This document shows, piece after piece, positions 1-9,470 of a stretch of 27,834 nucleotides of DNA. The notes below the pieces were generated by a model that ran no database searches, was not told where the DNA came from, and saw only the letters and a program-made list of their open reading frames with translations. A program made the position numbers and the translations under genes. Every line of letters begins with the position of its first letter. The first letter of the stretch is position 1. The DNA lies in assembly GCA_019358935.1 (NCBI GenBank), contig JAHHIK010000107.1:1-27834 (forward strand), in the 5' to 3' direction. The stretch is from Tolypothrix carrinoi HA7290-LM1. GTDB taxonomy: Bacteria > Cyanobacteriota > Cyanobacteriia > Cyanobacteriales > Nostocaceae.

Positions 1-126
1 AATTGAAGACTTGCTTGATACTTTGCCGGAACCACTAAAAGAAAATATCACGGCGCTTGGTTAACCCTGCATCGTAGCTTTCATCCCCTGGCTAAAGCCA
101 AGGGGTTTTCAGCATACCTCTTATAA
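1..126. mobile_element. End of a probable IS200/IS605-family element; continues beyond the left edge
   Basis: Subterminal imperfect hairpin CCCCTGGC-TAAA-GCCAAGGGG (85-105) within GCTTTCATCCCC...GGGGTTTTCAGC, resembling cyanobacterial IS605-type ends. Homology of the downstream CAP gene to its paralog stops abruptly at about 128-131. Confidence 0.7.
2..64 (+). CDS. 3' end of a small ORF (...IEDLLDTLPEPLKENITALG*), possibly a small accessory gene of the element; partial
   Basis: Open frame from the window edge to TAA at 62-64, directly before the hairpin. Only 20 codons visible. Confidence 0.4.
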   Translation: MEDLLDTLPEPLKENITALG

Positions 127-127
127 T

Positions 128-454
128 ATATCTTTAGCTGCGAAAGATCATGTCAAAGACACTGGAAAAATCGGTGCTATAGGTCACGATGGTAGCGATG
201 GTAGTGACGCTTCTACTCGAATGAACCGCTACGGAACCTGGCTAATTACCGCAGGTGAAAGCATTAGCTACGGTTTAAACAACCCCCAGGATATTGTCAT
301 GCAGTTAATTATAGATGACGGTGTACCGTCGCGGGGTCATAGAAAAAACATGTTTAACGCCGATTTCAAAGTTGTGGGAATCGCTTACGGAATTCACGCA
401 AAATATAGAAGAATGTGCGTGATTGACTATGCTGGAGGATACCGGGAACAATAA
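128..454 (+). pseudogene. 3' part of an interrupted CAP (SCP-like) domain gene, paralog of 566-1261
   Basis: From 131 it reads [35 protein letters not shown]...[11 protein letters not shown]...[10 protein letters not shown], collinear with the C-terminal half of the next gene. No N-terminal half lies upstream. Confidence 0.8.
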
Positions 455-565
455 ATTTAATTGCGATCTTGTCTCTGTTTCAAAGCGGCTAAGAAAGGAA
501 ACCAATTCTCGCTCTATGAATCTAGTCATATATTGATTGGTTGCTTTCTACTTTTGAGGTTATTG

Positions 566-1261
566 ATGCGTCGCATACTATTTTGGGTATTTATCCCTAT
601 TACCCTACTAGTTACATCCTGTGATACTGTGTTTGAATCTCACTCTTCTGTCCCGGAAACTACTGAAAAAGATTCGCAATTATCCGCAAATAAAAATAGC
701 CTCTCGCTATTGGAAAAACAAGTGATTGTAGAAATGAATAAAGCGAGAACAAACCCTGCTGCTTATGCGGCTATCTTAGAAAAGTATAAAAAGCGCTTTT
801 CAGGTAAACGAGTAAAAATCTCTGATACTGTCTATTTGCAAACGACTGAAGGAGTCAAAGCAGTCGATGAAGCGATCGCTTATCTCAATTCAGTCCGTCC
901 GGTGGGAACTTTAATTGCATCTAAGGGTATGTCTTTAGCCGCTAAAGATCATGTGAAAGACCAAGGAAAAACAGGTGCAATTGGTCATGATGGTAGCGAC
1001 AAAAGCGATCCGTTTATTCGCATCAACCGTTATGGAACTTGGCAAAAAACTGCTGGGGAAAACATCAGCTATGGTTCCCACACGGCTCAAGATATCGTTA
1101 TGCAATTGATTATAGATGACGGAGTACCATCGCGGGGTCATAGAACAAACATGTTTAACCCCGATTTTAAAGTCGCAGGAGTTGCTTTTGGCATTCACTC
1201 GACTTACAGGCAAATGTGCGTGATTGATTATGCTGGAGGATATCAAGAAAAATCCGTTTAA
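566..1261 (+). CDS. CAP (SCP/PR-1-like) domain lipoprotein
   Basis: CAP motifs GENI and GHRxNM. ATG at 566 follows GAGGT and gives a signal peptide ending in lipobox LVTS-C, so it is preferred over the track's TTG at 461. Confidence 0.88.
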   Translation: MRRILFWVFIPITLLVTSCDTVFESHSSVPETTEKDSQLSANKNSLSLLEKQVIVEMNKARTNPAAYAAILEKYKKRFSGKRVKISDTVYLQTTEGVKAVDEAIAYLNSVRPVGTLIASKGMSLAAKDHVKDQGKTGAIGHDGSDKSDPFIRINRYGTWQKTAGENISYGSHTAQDIVMQLIIDDGVPSRGHRTNMFNPDFKVAGVAFGIHSTYRQMCVIDYAGGYQEKSV

Positions 1262-2109
1262 TGTACCACCCTTATAGTAAAGCCGTTAATCTCAACGTAC
1301 AAGTCCAAGGCGAAGGATTCCCTATTTTATGCTTACACGGTCATCCTGGTTCTGGTTCTAGCCTTTCTGTATTTACCGATCGCTTATCAAAACGTTTTCA
1401 AACTATCGCCCCTGATTTGCGCGGATACGGCAAAAGTCGCTTTAAAGGTAATTTTGATATGCGCGACCATTTAACCGACTTAGAAGCGCTTCTAGACCGC
1501 TTAGGGATAGAAAAATGCTTAGTGTTGGGATGGTCGCTCGGTGGCATTTTGGCGATGGAACTGGCACTAATGCTACCAGAGCGGGTGACTGGATTAATTT
1601 TGATTGCTACGGCTGCTAGACCTAGAGGAAATCATCCGCCGATTAGTTTGCTGGACAATTTGTATACTGGGATTGCTGCTCTTTTAAACTGTGTAAAACC
1701 AGGTTGGCGGTGGAATATTGAGACATTTGGCAAGCGATCGCTCTTTCGTTATTTGATTCAACAACATACACCCACCGCTTACGGCTACATCGCTTCATCA
1801 GCAGTGCCGGCTTATTTGCAAACTTCAAACGCTGCTACTCGCGCCCTTTTTACTGCGATTCAATCTGGTTACAATCGACTTACAGACTTAGAGCAAATTT
1901 TCTGTCCCAGTCTAGTACTCGCTGGTACCGAAGACCGTCACATCACAGTTAATTCCAGTTTAGAAACTGCTCAACACCTGCTAAATTGTCAGTGGCAAAG
2001 CTACCCAAACACCGCTCATCTCTTCCCGTGGGAAATTCCTGACCAAGTACTGAGCGATATTGACTTTTGGCTGCAACAGCATCCGCAAGTAATAGCTAAT
2101 AGCCATTAG
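1261..2109 (+). CDS. Alpha/beta fold hydrolase
   Basis: LHG oxyanion motif, PDLRGYG, nucleophile elbow GWSLGG, late Asp and His. TAATG overlap with the upstream gene. Confidence 0.92.
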   Translation: MYHPYSKAVNLNVQVQGEGFPILCLHGHPGSGSSLSVFTDRLSKRFQTIAPDLRGYGKSRFKGNFDMRDHLTDLEALLDRLGIEKCLVLGWSLGGILAMELALMLPERVTGLILIATAARPRGNHPPISLLDNLYTGIAALLNCVKPGWRWNIETFGKRSLFRYLIQQHTPTAYGYIASSAVPAYLQTSNAATRALFTAIQSGYNRLTDLEQIFCPSLVLAGTEDRHITVNSSLETAQHLLNCQWQSYPNTAHLFPWEIPDQVLSDIDFWLQQHPQVIANSH

Positions 2110-2135
2110 CCATTAGCTATTAGCTATAAGCCATT
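2092..2135. repeat. Short tandem 7-mer repeat (TAGCCAT/TAGCTAT), STRR-like
   Basis: About 6 imperfect units between convergent genes. Confidence 0.75.
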
Positions 2136-2138
2136 CGA

Positions 2139-2441
2139 TTACATTTGACCGCTAAAGGCAGGCTTTACTTTACGGTCAATCCGTTCCCCCAAATCTTCAG
2201 CAATTGTTAAAGTACCGGGTTTGCAGCGTTTGACATTTACTGCAATTCCTTGCGCTCCTTCAACTTCCAAATCTTCTACATAGCCTGTGATTGCTGCTTT
2301 GGCTTCAGAAGAACTGAGAAATGGTCCAAAGTAGTAGGTGCAATTGGGCTTTTGTGTCCCAATCTCAACCCACCAAGCCAAGCCAAAGGTGTCAAACGTA
2401 TTAATTAAGGCTTCCTTGAGGTTATACCAAATGGTTTTCAT
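2139..2441 (-). CDS. DUF1816 family protein
   Basis: WWVEI.T..P.CTYYFGPF...A...GY.EDL..EGA motif typical of this cyanobacterial family. Confidence 0.85.
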   Translation of the reverse strand: MKTIWYNLKEALINTFDTFGLAWWVEIGTQKPNCTYYFGPFLSSSEAKAAITGYVEDLEVEGAQGIAVNVKRCKPGTLTIAEDLGERIDRKVKPAFSGQM

Positions 2442-2514
2442 AGTTTTCGCCAGTTGATAAGTGTGCTTTTTGGGTGTTAAACGTGTCTTGCTGATTTTGT
2501 ATCTTTACATTTCT

Positions 2515-3894
2515 TTATACTCTGTTATCATTCGTTTTCCAAGCGGTTTTTTGTAATTTGTCTAAATGCAACGTATTTAACCAGCGTTGGCGATAAATTT
2601 CATAAAGCGCCATACCTGCCGCTACAGAAGCATTTAGGCTTGGAGTATTGCCTTGTAACGGAATCGACACCAAAACATCGCAAGAGCGTTGTGTGAGCAT
2701 ACTCAAGCCTTCGCCTTCCGAGCCAACTACCAATACAATCGGAATTGGTTTTTTGTTTTCATCTTTGGGATTGACGAATTCAACGGTATGCAGCGGTACG
2801 CTACCAGTGACAGCGGTGCCGTAAATCCAAAAATTAGCGGCTTTCAAGGCATCCATTGCGCGGCTGAGGTTAACTACTCTTGCAACCGGAAAGGTTTCTA
2901 GCGCACCTGCCGCGACTTTCATCACCGTGGAAGTGATTCCAGAAGCTCGGCGTTGCGGGATTACTAATCCTTGAGCGCCGATCGCTTCAGCTGTGCGAAT
3001 AATTGCTCCCAAGTTGTGCGGATCGGTAATACCGTCAGCCACGACAATTACTGGCGCATCGGTAGTAGAAAAAGCTTTGGTAATTAACTCGTCTAACTCG
3101 ATGTAAGCGTGGGGAGCAATTTGCGCCGCTATTCCCTGATGATTTGCGTAGGAGGTAATTTGGTCTAAGCGCTTTGGTTCAACTTCATCAATCACCGTGC
3201 CGTTGTCTTTCGCTTGCAAAATCAAATTATGAAAGCGGGGATCGTAGCGCAGCTTAGAAGTAATCCAGATTCGATTTAGACCGCGCTGATTTTCTAATGC
3301 AGTCAACACTGGATGGCGACCGTAGATGAGATCGCTATCTTCTGTTGGTTTATATGCAGATGCATCGGAGAAACTGCGACGTGGTGGGCGTGAGTCGTCT
3401 GTTGCGCCTTCGCTCTTGTTATATGCACGACGTGGTGGGCGTGAGTCGTCTGTTGCGCCAACGCTAGCTTTATATGGCGATGCATCGGAGAACTTGCGAC
3501 GTGGTGGGCGTGAGTCGTCTGTTGCGCCTTCGCTCTTGTTATATGCACGACGTGGTGGGCGTGAGTCGTCTAAAGCGCTTTCACTCTTGTTAGATGAAGA
3601 TGCATTACTGAACTTGCGACGTGGGCGTGGATCGTCTAAAGCGCCTTCGCTCTTGTTAGATGGGGATGCATCAGAGAACTTGCGACGTGGGCGGAAGTCG
3701 TCTAAAGCGCCTTCGTTTGGTTTAGATGGCGATGCATGAGAAAACTTGCGACGCGGGCGTGGTTCATCTTTTGAGCCTTCACCATCTTGAGGTCGGGGAC
3801 GAATCGAACTAGAAATGACACGCTTGCCTTTAATTTTTAAGGATGGTGCGCGATTCGATTCGCCATTCGAGTTGTTTTTTCTTGGATTTGACAT
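2515..3894 (-). CDS. rlmB: 23S rRNA Gm2251 2'-O-methyltransferase RlmB (SpoU/TrmH family) with N-terminal repeat extension
   Basis: [26 protein letters not shown] and SLNASVA SPOUT motifs; downstream of mini-RNase III. ATG at 3894 chosen over the track's GTG at 3951. Confidence 0.92.
   Translation of the reverse strand: MSNPRKNNSNGESNRAPSLKIKGKRVISSSIRPRPQDGEGSKDEPRPRRKFSHASPSKPNEGALDDFRPRRKFSDASPSNKSEGALDDPRPRRKFSNASSSNKSESALDDSRPPRRAYNKSEGATDDSRPPRRKFSDASPYKASVGATDDSRPPRRAYNKSEGATDDSRPPRRSFSDASAYKPTEDSDLIYGRHPVLTALENQRGLNRIWITSKLRYDPRFHNLILQAKDNGTVIDEVEPKRLDQITSYANHQGIAAQIAPHAYIELDELITKAFSTTDAPVIVVADGITDPHNLGAIIRTAEAIGAQGLVIPQRRASGITSTVMKVAAGALETFPVARVVNLSRAMDALKAANFWIYGTAVTGSVPLHTVEFVNPKDENKKPIPIVLVVGSEGEGLSMLTQRSCDVLVSIPLQGNTPSLNASVAAGMALYEIYRQRWLNTLHLDKLQKTAWKTNDNRV
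3345..3770 (-). repeat. Coding tandem repeat in rlmB: 7 units of 17-23 aa (DDSRPPRR...)
   Basis: Units of 66, 66, 66, 51, 69, 51 and about 60 bp. A 120-bp higher-order duplication is visible (3361-3450 vs 3481-3570). Confidence 0.9.
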
Positions 3895-3985
3895 ATTACT
3901 TTGGTAGAAGGATGAAGAGCATCCCGATTTAATCAAGTTGGATTTACACACTCTCAGTTATTATTTTTTTAGTGAGGTATATTTC

Positions 3986-4468
3986 TCACGGTTTTTCTAG
4001 CTGGAGTTTTTGCAGCAGTTCGGTTAAGCGTTGAGAATCGGTAAGATACAAATAACCAATTAAAGTTTCGAGACTAGTTGCTTGTTGATAAATTTCTCTT
4101 TCAAGGCGCTTGGGACTTTTTGTAGCGGCATTACGACCGCGCCGAACAATTTCTAATTCTGTGTCCCTCAGATAAGGAGTAAGCGATCGCAACATTTTCG
4201 CTTGTGTTTCTGCTCGCACTTGCGCCACAACTAAACGATGGTAAGCTTCTACTCGCTGCGGTGGCAGCAGATAAAACATCCTCATATGAAGTTCATAAAC
4301 TGCATCCCCCAAATATGCCAGGGCTGCTGGAGAAACTTTTCGCACATCCGAGCCGGAAATCTGTTGAGGTAATTGCTCTGTGGTTGCCTTAATTAATTGG
4401 CACGAAGATGAATTTTGCTTGTTTGTTGCATTTGATTCATCTAATAGCTCTTCCTCCTTTGATTCCAC
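3986..4468 (-). CDS. mrnC: Mini-ribonuclease III
   Basis: LAYLGDAVYEL, V.AE.QA, RRGRNA, Y..AT.LE.LIGYLYL; no dsRBD; conserved adjacency to rlmB. Confidence 0.92.
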   Translation of the reverse strand: MESKEEELLDESNATNKQNSSSCQLIKATTEQLPQQISGSDVRKVSPAALAYLGDAVYELHMRMFYLLPPQRVEAYHRLVVAQVRAETQAKMLRSLTPYLRDTELEIVRRGRNAATKSPKRLEREIYQQATSLETLIGYLYLTDSQRLTELLQKLQLEKP

Positions 4469-4801
4469 AAGTTAATCATTCCTTTCGGCTACATTAATTT
4501 TTTCCACAGATTATGGTGCTGATATACCTAGCATAATCAACACTACCAAAATTATTACTAATTTTATCTTTTTAGTTTGAAATTTACATTTAGTTAGACA
4601 ATTTTCAGATTGGTCTATACTTTACCAACAGGTTTTACCAAGCTTTTGTATCTTTAATTGCGATCCCCAAGTTTGAGTTTATTATTCTTTATTTTAGCTA
4701 GTACGCCACTAGGCATTTATACGCAATAGCAAAAAGTGGGCGATCGCACTTTTATTTTTATCAGGGGAAATATCTGTTTTGTCGGAAAGTAATAAAAATT
4801 A

Positions 4802-4830
4802 AGCTATCCAGATTTTAACATCGGATAGCT
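4802..4830 (-). terminator. Probable intrinsic terminator after the STAS gene
   Basis: AGCTATCC...GGATAGCT stem followed on the minus strand by TAATTTTTATT. Confidence 0.55.
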
Positions 4831-4857
4831 AAATTATATTTGTCAAGCAATTCCCGA

Positions 4858-5220
4858 CTACTTAATGTTTTCTAGAGCCGCATCAACTGATGTTTGCAGG
4901 GAGAGAAACTTCTCTAAGCGAACAAGCTTGACTGTTTGAGTAACGCGGGCGTTAGTGACAATTTGCAAAGTGCCTTCGGCGTTTTGAGCCTGCTTGGCTA
5001 GCTGCACTAGAGCACCCAAGCCAGAGCTATCCACAAAGTCAATCTGTGAGAGATCCAGAATTATGTGAAGAGGACCTTCATCAATTTTGCTGCCTAGCAC
5101 CTTGCGAAAAGTCGGTTCCGAAAAGGCATCCAACAGACCTGTGAGACGGAATAGCTGACAGTTATCCCGGACTTCGCGAGTACCTCTCAGGCTCACGGTT
5201 AGATTAAGTGGTTCAGCTAT
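4858..5220 (-). CDS. STAS-domain anti-sigma factor antagonist (SpoIIAA-like)
   Basis: LDLSQIDFVDSSGLGALV phospho-Ser motif. Start placed at ATA 5220 after GAGGAGG; alternative is GTG at 5196. Confidence 0.88.
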   Translation of the reverse strand: MAEPLNLTVSLRGTREVRDNCQLFRLTGLLDAFSEPTFRKVLGSKIDEGPLHIILDLSQIDFVDSSGLGALVQLAKQAQNAEGTLQIVTNARVTQTVKLVRLEKFLSLQTSVDAALENIK

Positions 5221-5298
5221 AACTCCCTCCTCATCGTTAAGTTAAACGTTTAAGTATAGATAATTTTTGAGCAAGTTGTCTACAACTGGCTTCATGGG

Positions 5299-5511
5299 AT
5301 AGGGGCATCGGGCATCGGGCAGGGGGCAGGGGGCAGGGGGCAGGGGGCAGGGGGCAGGGGGCAGGGGGGAGCAGCGGGACAATTACCAATTACCCTTCGG
5401 GTTCGCCAGTTGCTTCAAGTCGGGAGACCCTTTCCAACGCACTGGCTCACCAATTACCAATTACCAATGCCCATTACCTATTCTCAATCCCTAATCCCTA
5501 ACCCCTAACCA
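5299..5511. repeat. STRR-type heptamer arrays (GGGGGCA, CCAATTA, CCCTAAT) with an embedded ~45-55 bp structured dispersed repeat (5393-5448)
   Basis: Tandem 7-mers read directly. The embedded element CGCCAG...CAACGCACTGGCT recurs at 22588-22630. Confidence 0.85.
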
Positions 5512-5523
5512 CTTTCTACATTT

Positions 5524-6687
5524 TTAGCTTACTTCAGCGGCGGCGCGACGTGCTGTTTGCATCGATTGGACAAACTGTTCAAACAAATAATCAGCATCGT
5601 GAGGTCCGGGACTTGCTTCTGGGTGATATTGTACTGAAAACACAGGTAAAGACTTATGACGCAATCCAGCAACGGTGCGATCGTTTAAGTTCAGGTGGCT
5701 GATTTCTACCTGGGTGTTGGATAAAGAATCTGGGTCAATAGCAAAACTGTGATTTTGGCTGGTAATTTCTATCCTTTGTTGCAATCCTGCGGGCTGATTT
5801 AAACCCCGATGCCCAAATTTGAGTTTAAAGGTTTCTGCCCCCAATGCATGACCTAAAATTTGGTGTCCCATGCAAATGCCAAAGATGGGTTTTTCCGCGC
5901 CAAGCAAAGCTTTCGCGGTTTCAATTCCTTCAGTGACTGTGGAGGGATCGCCAGGACCATTGGAAAGAAAGATACCATCTGGATTGTGTTTGAGAATTTC
6001 CTCTGGTGGGGTGTCTGCGGGAACAACGATAACTCGGCATCCGTAAGCAGCTAAACGGCGTAAAATATTGCGTTTTACGCCAAAGTCAAGAGCGACAACG
6101 GTGTATGTTTCTTCAGAATTTGCCACACCAACCGGGTTAAATTCCCAAGTTGAGGTGGTGGCATCTGACCATTCATAAACGGTTGGGGTGGTGACTTCGC
6201 GAACCAGATTTAATCCCTTCATGCTCGGAGCGGCTTGTACTTTTTCTAACAATTCCGCCTCATCAAGAATTGAGGTGGATATGCCGCCGTTCATCGCTCC
6301 AAACATGCGAATTTTGCGGGTGAGAGCGCGGGTATCAATCCCGTAGATACCCGGTACTTGGTGCTGTTTGAGGTAGTCTGGTAACGATTGTGTCGATCGC
6401 CAATTACTCGGTTTATAACAAATATTGCGAGCGATCGCACCTTGTACTTGTGGTCCTTTTGATTCCTCATCAAGAGGATTCACTCCAGTGTTTCCTAATT
6501 CTGGATAAGTAAAAATAACTATCTGACCGCAGTAACTAGGGTCGGTCAGCACTTCTTGATATCCGGTCATCCCAGTATTAAAGACCACTTCCCCGATCGC
6601 AGTGCCAGTAGCACCGAAAGACCAACCGCGATAAGTAGTTCCATCTGCCAGGACAAGTAAAGCAGGTATTGCGTCAGACAGGGGCAT
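5524..6687 (-). CDS. carA: Carbamoyl-phosphate synthase small subunit
   Basis: [42 protein letters not shown] at 6687 (MPLSDAIP); the track's extension runs through a heptamer repeat. Confidence 0.97.
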   Translation of the reverse strand: MPLSDAIPALLVLADGTTYRGWSFGATGTAIGEVVFNTGMTGYQEVLTDPSYCGQIVIFTYPELGNTGVNPLDEESKGPQVQGAIARNICYKPSNWRSTQSLPDYLKQHQVPGIYGIDTRALTRKIRMFGAMNGGISTSILDEAELLEKVQAAPSMKGLNLVREVTTPTVYEWSDATTSTWEFNPVGVANSEETYTVVALDFGVKRNILRRLAAYGCRVIVVPADTPPEEILKHNPDGIFLSNGPGDPSTVTEGIETAKALLGAEKPIFGICMGHQILGHALGAETFKLKFGHRGLNQPAGLQQRIEITSQNHSFAIDPDSLSNTQVEISHLNLNDRTVAGLRHKSLPVFSVQYHPEASPGPHDADYLFEQFVQSMQTARRAAAEVS

Positions 6688-6699
6688 AGGTAAAAAAGT

Positions 6700-6850
6700 A
6701 GGGAATTGGGCATGGGGCAGGGGGCATGGGGCATCGGGCATGGGGCATGGAAAGAATCGTATTTATTCGGGTATCACAAGAAGCGTCTTTAAAACCTTTT
6801 ATTCAATTCCTATGCCCAATGCCCCATGCCCATTGCCCAATTCCCCCAAT
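6700..6850. repeat. Inverted pair of STRR-type arrays (GGGCATG / CATGCCC)
   Basis: 6705-6750 and 6811-6848 are approximate reverse complements. Confidence 0.75.
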
Positions 6851-6990
6851 CGAATGTTAATTATCTCATGAGTTGTTCAATTTTGAGTTGTAAGCAAAAT
6901 TAATTAAAAATTAATAATTAAACAGATAAAATTTTAGGAGGTGCAGAAGTAGATTTCAACAGCCTTGGGCAGGTAAAATGTCAAGTAATT

Positions 6991-8061
6991 ATGCTTCATT
7001 CTTATTTATCCCGTTCAGCGCTAATTTTTCTATCAGGCACTTTGGCGGTGTTGAGTTTTGGCTGTCGTGAAGACAAACAAAATACCGCGCTCGGTGGCAA
7101 TGAGCAACCTGCTCAATTGAATAATCTGGCAGCACCTGACATAAGAGAAACTGCACCAGCAGCTAGTCCAGAAACAGAATCTCAGACACCGGTTAACATT
7201 GAACCGACTTCTTTTGAGTTGGGGTTGGATAAAGCGACTGGTGGTTTAAGTATCAGTCAGTCTGCTCAATCAAGCGCAGATTGGAAGTTGGTAGCAAGTC
7301 AATACCAGGATGCGATCGCTCTGATGAAACAAGTTCAGCAAGAAAGTCCGGACTTTGCTCTAGCTCAAAGAAAAATTACTGAATATCAACTCCAAGCCAA
7401 ATATGCTCAGGAAAAAGCGACTGTTAACCCGCTTTTAACGACATCACCAGAACCGCAGAAAATAGTAGTTGCTGTTCCACAAGCATCCCCATTACCAAAG
7501 TTCATCCTCCGACGTTTGCCCCAACCTGCACCCGTACAAGTAAAAAAACTACCACCGACCGTATCATCGCCGCCACAAGCACTCAACCAAGCCAAAGAAA
7601 AAGAACGGCAAGAAGTATTTTCAGTACCCATCAAACGGCGAATTGGTGGTACACCAATTATAGAAGTCACCTTCAATGGCAGTCAGCAATTTGAGATGAT
7701 TGTCGATACAGGAGCGAGTGGTACAGTTATCACTCAGCAAATGGCTTCTTCTTTGGGAGTCGTGTCTGTGGGGAAAGCTAAAGCTAACACCGCTAGTTCC
7801 AAAGCCGTAGAATTTGCCATCGGTTATGTTGATACCATCGAAGCCGGTGGAGTATCAGTTAATAAAGTAGCAGTAGCGATCGCCGGCTCAGATTTAGAAA
7901 CTGGACTTCTCGGACATGACTTTTTTGGCAATTACGACCTCACCATCAAACGCGATGTGGTCGAATTTCGCCCCCATGAGGATTTACAATCTAATTCCTC
8001 AGAAACTCAACTAACTGTTCCAACTTCGCCCAAGCCGCGCCGGATTGTAGAATATCCTTAG
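6991..8061 (+). CDS. Retropepsin-like (retroviral-type) aspartic protease family lipoprotein
   Basis: Lipobox LSFG-C, helical mid region, Pro-rich linker, C-terminal IVDTGASGT and GLLGHDFF. Confidence 0.88.
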   Translation: MLHSYLSRSALIFLSGTLAVLSFGCREDKQNTALGGNEQPAQLNNLAAPDIRETAPAASPETESQTPVNIEPTSFELGLDKATGGLSISQSAQSSADWKLVASQYQDAIALMKQVQQESPDFALAQRKITEYQLQAKYAQEKATVNPLLTTSPEPQKIVVAVPQASPLPKFILRRLPQPAPVQVKKLPPTVSSPPQALNQAKEKERQEVFSVPIKRRIGGTPIIEVTFNGSQQFEMIVDTGASGTVITQQMASSLGVVSVGKAKANTASSKAVEFAIGYVDTIEAGGVSVNKVAVAIAGSDLETGLLGHDFFGNYDLTIKRDVVEFRPHEDLQSNSSETQLTVPTSPKPRRIVEYP

Positions 8062-9166
8062 CCGCACTAACACCTTGAGCACAATTCATCAACTCAACTG
8101 CACCCCCAACTTGCAGCGCTAAAGCCGCATTTAATGCCACTACATCTCGTTGTGCAGCAGTTCCCTTACCTTGCAGTACTGCTTTGAGAATCTCCGCATT
8201 TTCTTGAACATCGCCACCCCGTAGCATTCCTATGGGAGCAGGTGTTAAATTTAATTCTTGGGGATTAATACTTGTCAACTGCACTTCATTCTCAGACAAA
8301 ACCGCCAAATCGGTTAAATCTCCCAAACCAGCTTCATCAAGTCTTTCTCGTCCGTGCAAAATAATTGCTTTTTGTGTACCCAATTGCTGTAAAGCTTGAG
8401 CAATTGTTGCTAAAAGCTGCGGATCGAATATTCCTATAACTTGCCCAGTCGGACGCAACGGATTTACTAAAGGTCCAAGTAAATTAAACACCGTCCGCAC
8501 CTTCAAAGTACGTCGCAATGAAGCAACAGCTTTGAGTGCTGGATGCCAACCAGGGGCAAACAAAAAAGTAATCCCCACTTCTTGTAGTGCTGCTTGTACC
8601 TTATCGCTGGAGACAGCCAAATTCACACCCAAAGCTTCCAAAACATCCGCACTACCCACCCGACTTGATGCCGAACGATTGCCGTGCTTGGCAACTTTCA
8701 CACCATATGCAGCAGCCACAAAAGCCACCGCAGTGGAAATATTAAACGTCGATGCACCATCACCGCCAGTACCACAGGTGTCGATGAGGGGAGTGGGGGA
8801 GGTGGGGAGAGGGGGAGTGGGGAGTGGGGGAGTTAGGAGTGAGGAGTTAGGAGTTAAGAGTTCTCCCCCTTGTCCCCCTTGTCCCCCTTGTCCCCCTTGT
8901 CCCCCTTGTCCCCCCTGTCCCCCTTGTCTCCCTAAAGACTGAGCTTGCAATACTTCAGCCATTCCTGCCAATTCGTCGGCAGAAACGCCTTTGAAGTGCA
9001 ATGCTGTCAAAATTGCTCCTGATATTTCTGGCGGAATAGCTTCGTTTAACCATCCTTGCATCAATTCAGCGGCTTGATTGCGAGACAAGGATTCGCGGTC
9101 TAATAATTGTTGTAGCAGTGTCCAGCTAGCGGAAAATTCGGGCGCGGGGATTGGGGAATTTGTCAT
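7991..9166 (-). CDS. trpD: Anthranilate phosphoribosyltransferase with in-frame low-complexity insert
   Basis: [42 protein letters not shown]. Confidence 0.97.
   Translation of the reverse strand: MTNSPIPAPEFSASWTLLQQLLDRESLSRNQAAELMQGWLNEAIPPEISGAILTALHFKGVSADELAGMAEVLQAQSLGRQGGQGGQGGQGGQGGQGGQGGELLTPNSSLLTPPLPTPPLPTSPTPLIDTCGTGGDGASTFNISTAVAFVAAAYGVKVAKHGNRSASSRVGSADVLEALGVNLAVSSDKVQAALQEVGITFLFAPGWHPALKAVASLRRTLKVRTVFNLLGPLVNPLRPTGQVIGIFDPQLLATIAQALQQLGTQKAIILHGRERLDEAGLGDLTDLAVLSENEVQLTSINPQELNLTPAPIGMLRGGDVQENAEILKAVLQGKGTAAQRDVVALNAALALQVGGAVELMNCAQGVSAAKDILQSGAAWAKLEQLVEFLRN
8788..8933. repeat. Repeat insert in trpD: (CCCCTTGTC)n plus GGAGT-rich heptamers
   Basis: Encodes RQ(GGQ)6[27 protein letters not shown]. 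Same 9-mer family as the intergenic arrays at 13950-14062 and 20524-20568. Confidence 0.9.
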
Positions 9167-9470
9167 AGATTGGATTCTTCGTAGTAAGCGTTTTAACGCT
9201 TAATATGGCACGCTTCGTGCCCACTACCAACTTCAAAATAACAAAGTCAGTCTTTCACCTGACTTTTGTTTTTCCCGTATTGCTGCCGTGAAATCTTCCT
9301 ATAAGTAGATGCAAAATAGCTTACTTAACTTTACATAACTGTCATTGCATTATCCTGAAAAGTCTGAAATACTACGAAGGCTAAGGTGTCTTGGTATAGA
9401 GTTTATTAATAGTGGATTTCATTTCTCAAACCCAACTTGGTTATTCATTTAATAACAATATGAGGACAAG

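Noticed and set aside
3303..3739. Repeat region as a CRISPR array or separate RRGGRES/His-rich proteins
   Set aside because: Spacers are not unique, unit lengths are multiples of 3 and the region is in frame with rlmB; no cas genes.
6688..6741. N-terminal extensions in the ORF track (carA; likewise 461-565, 3895-3951, 22535-22588)
   Set aside because: They run through repeats or start at weak codons; downstream ATGs fit family starts or RBS better.
9321..9340. Pho box upstream of phoD (TTACTTAACT TTACATAACT)
   Set aside because: Only two units, at 10-bp rather than the expected 11-bp period; insufficient support.
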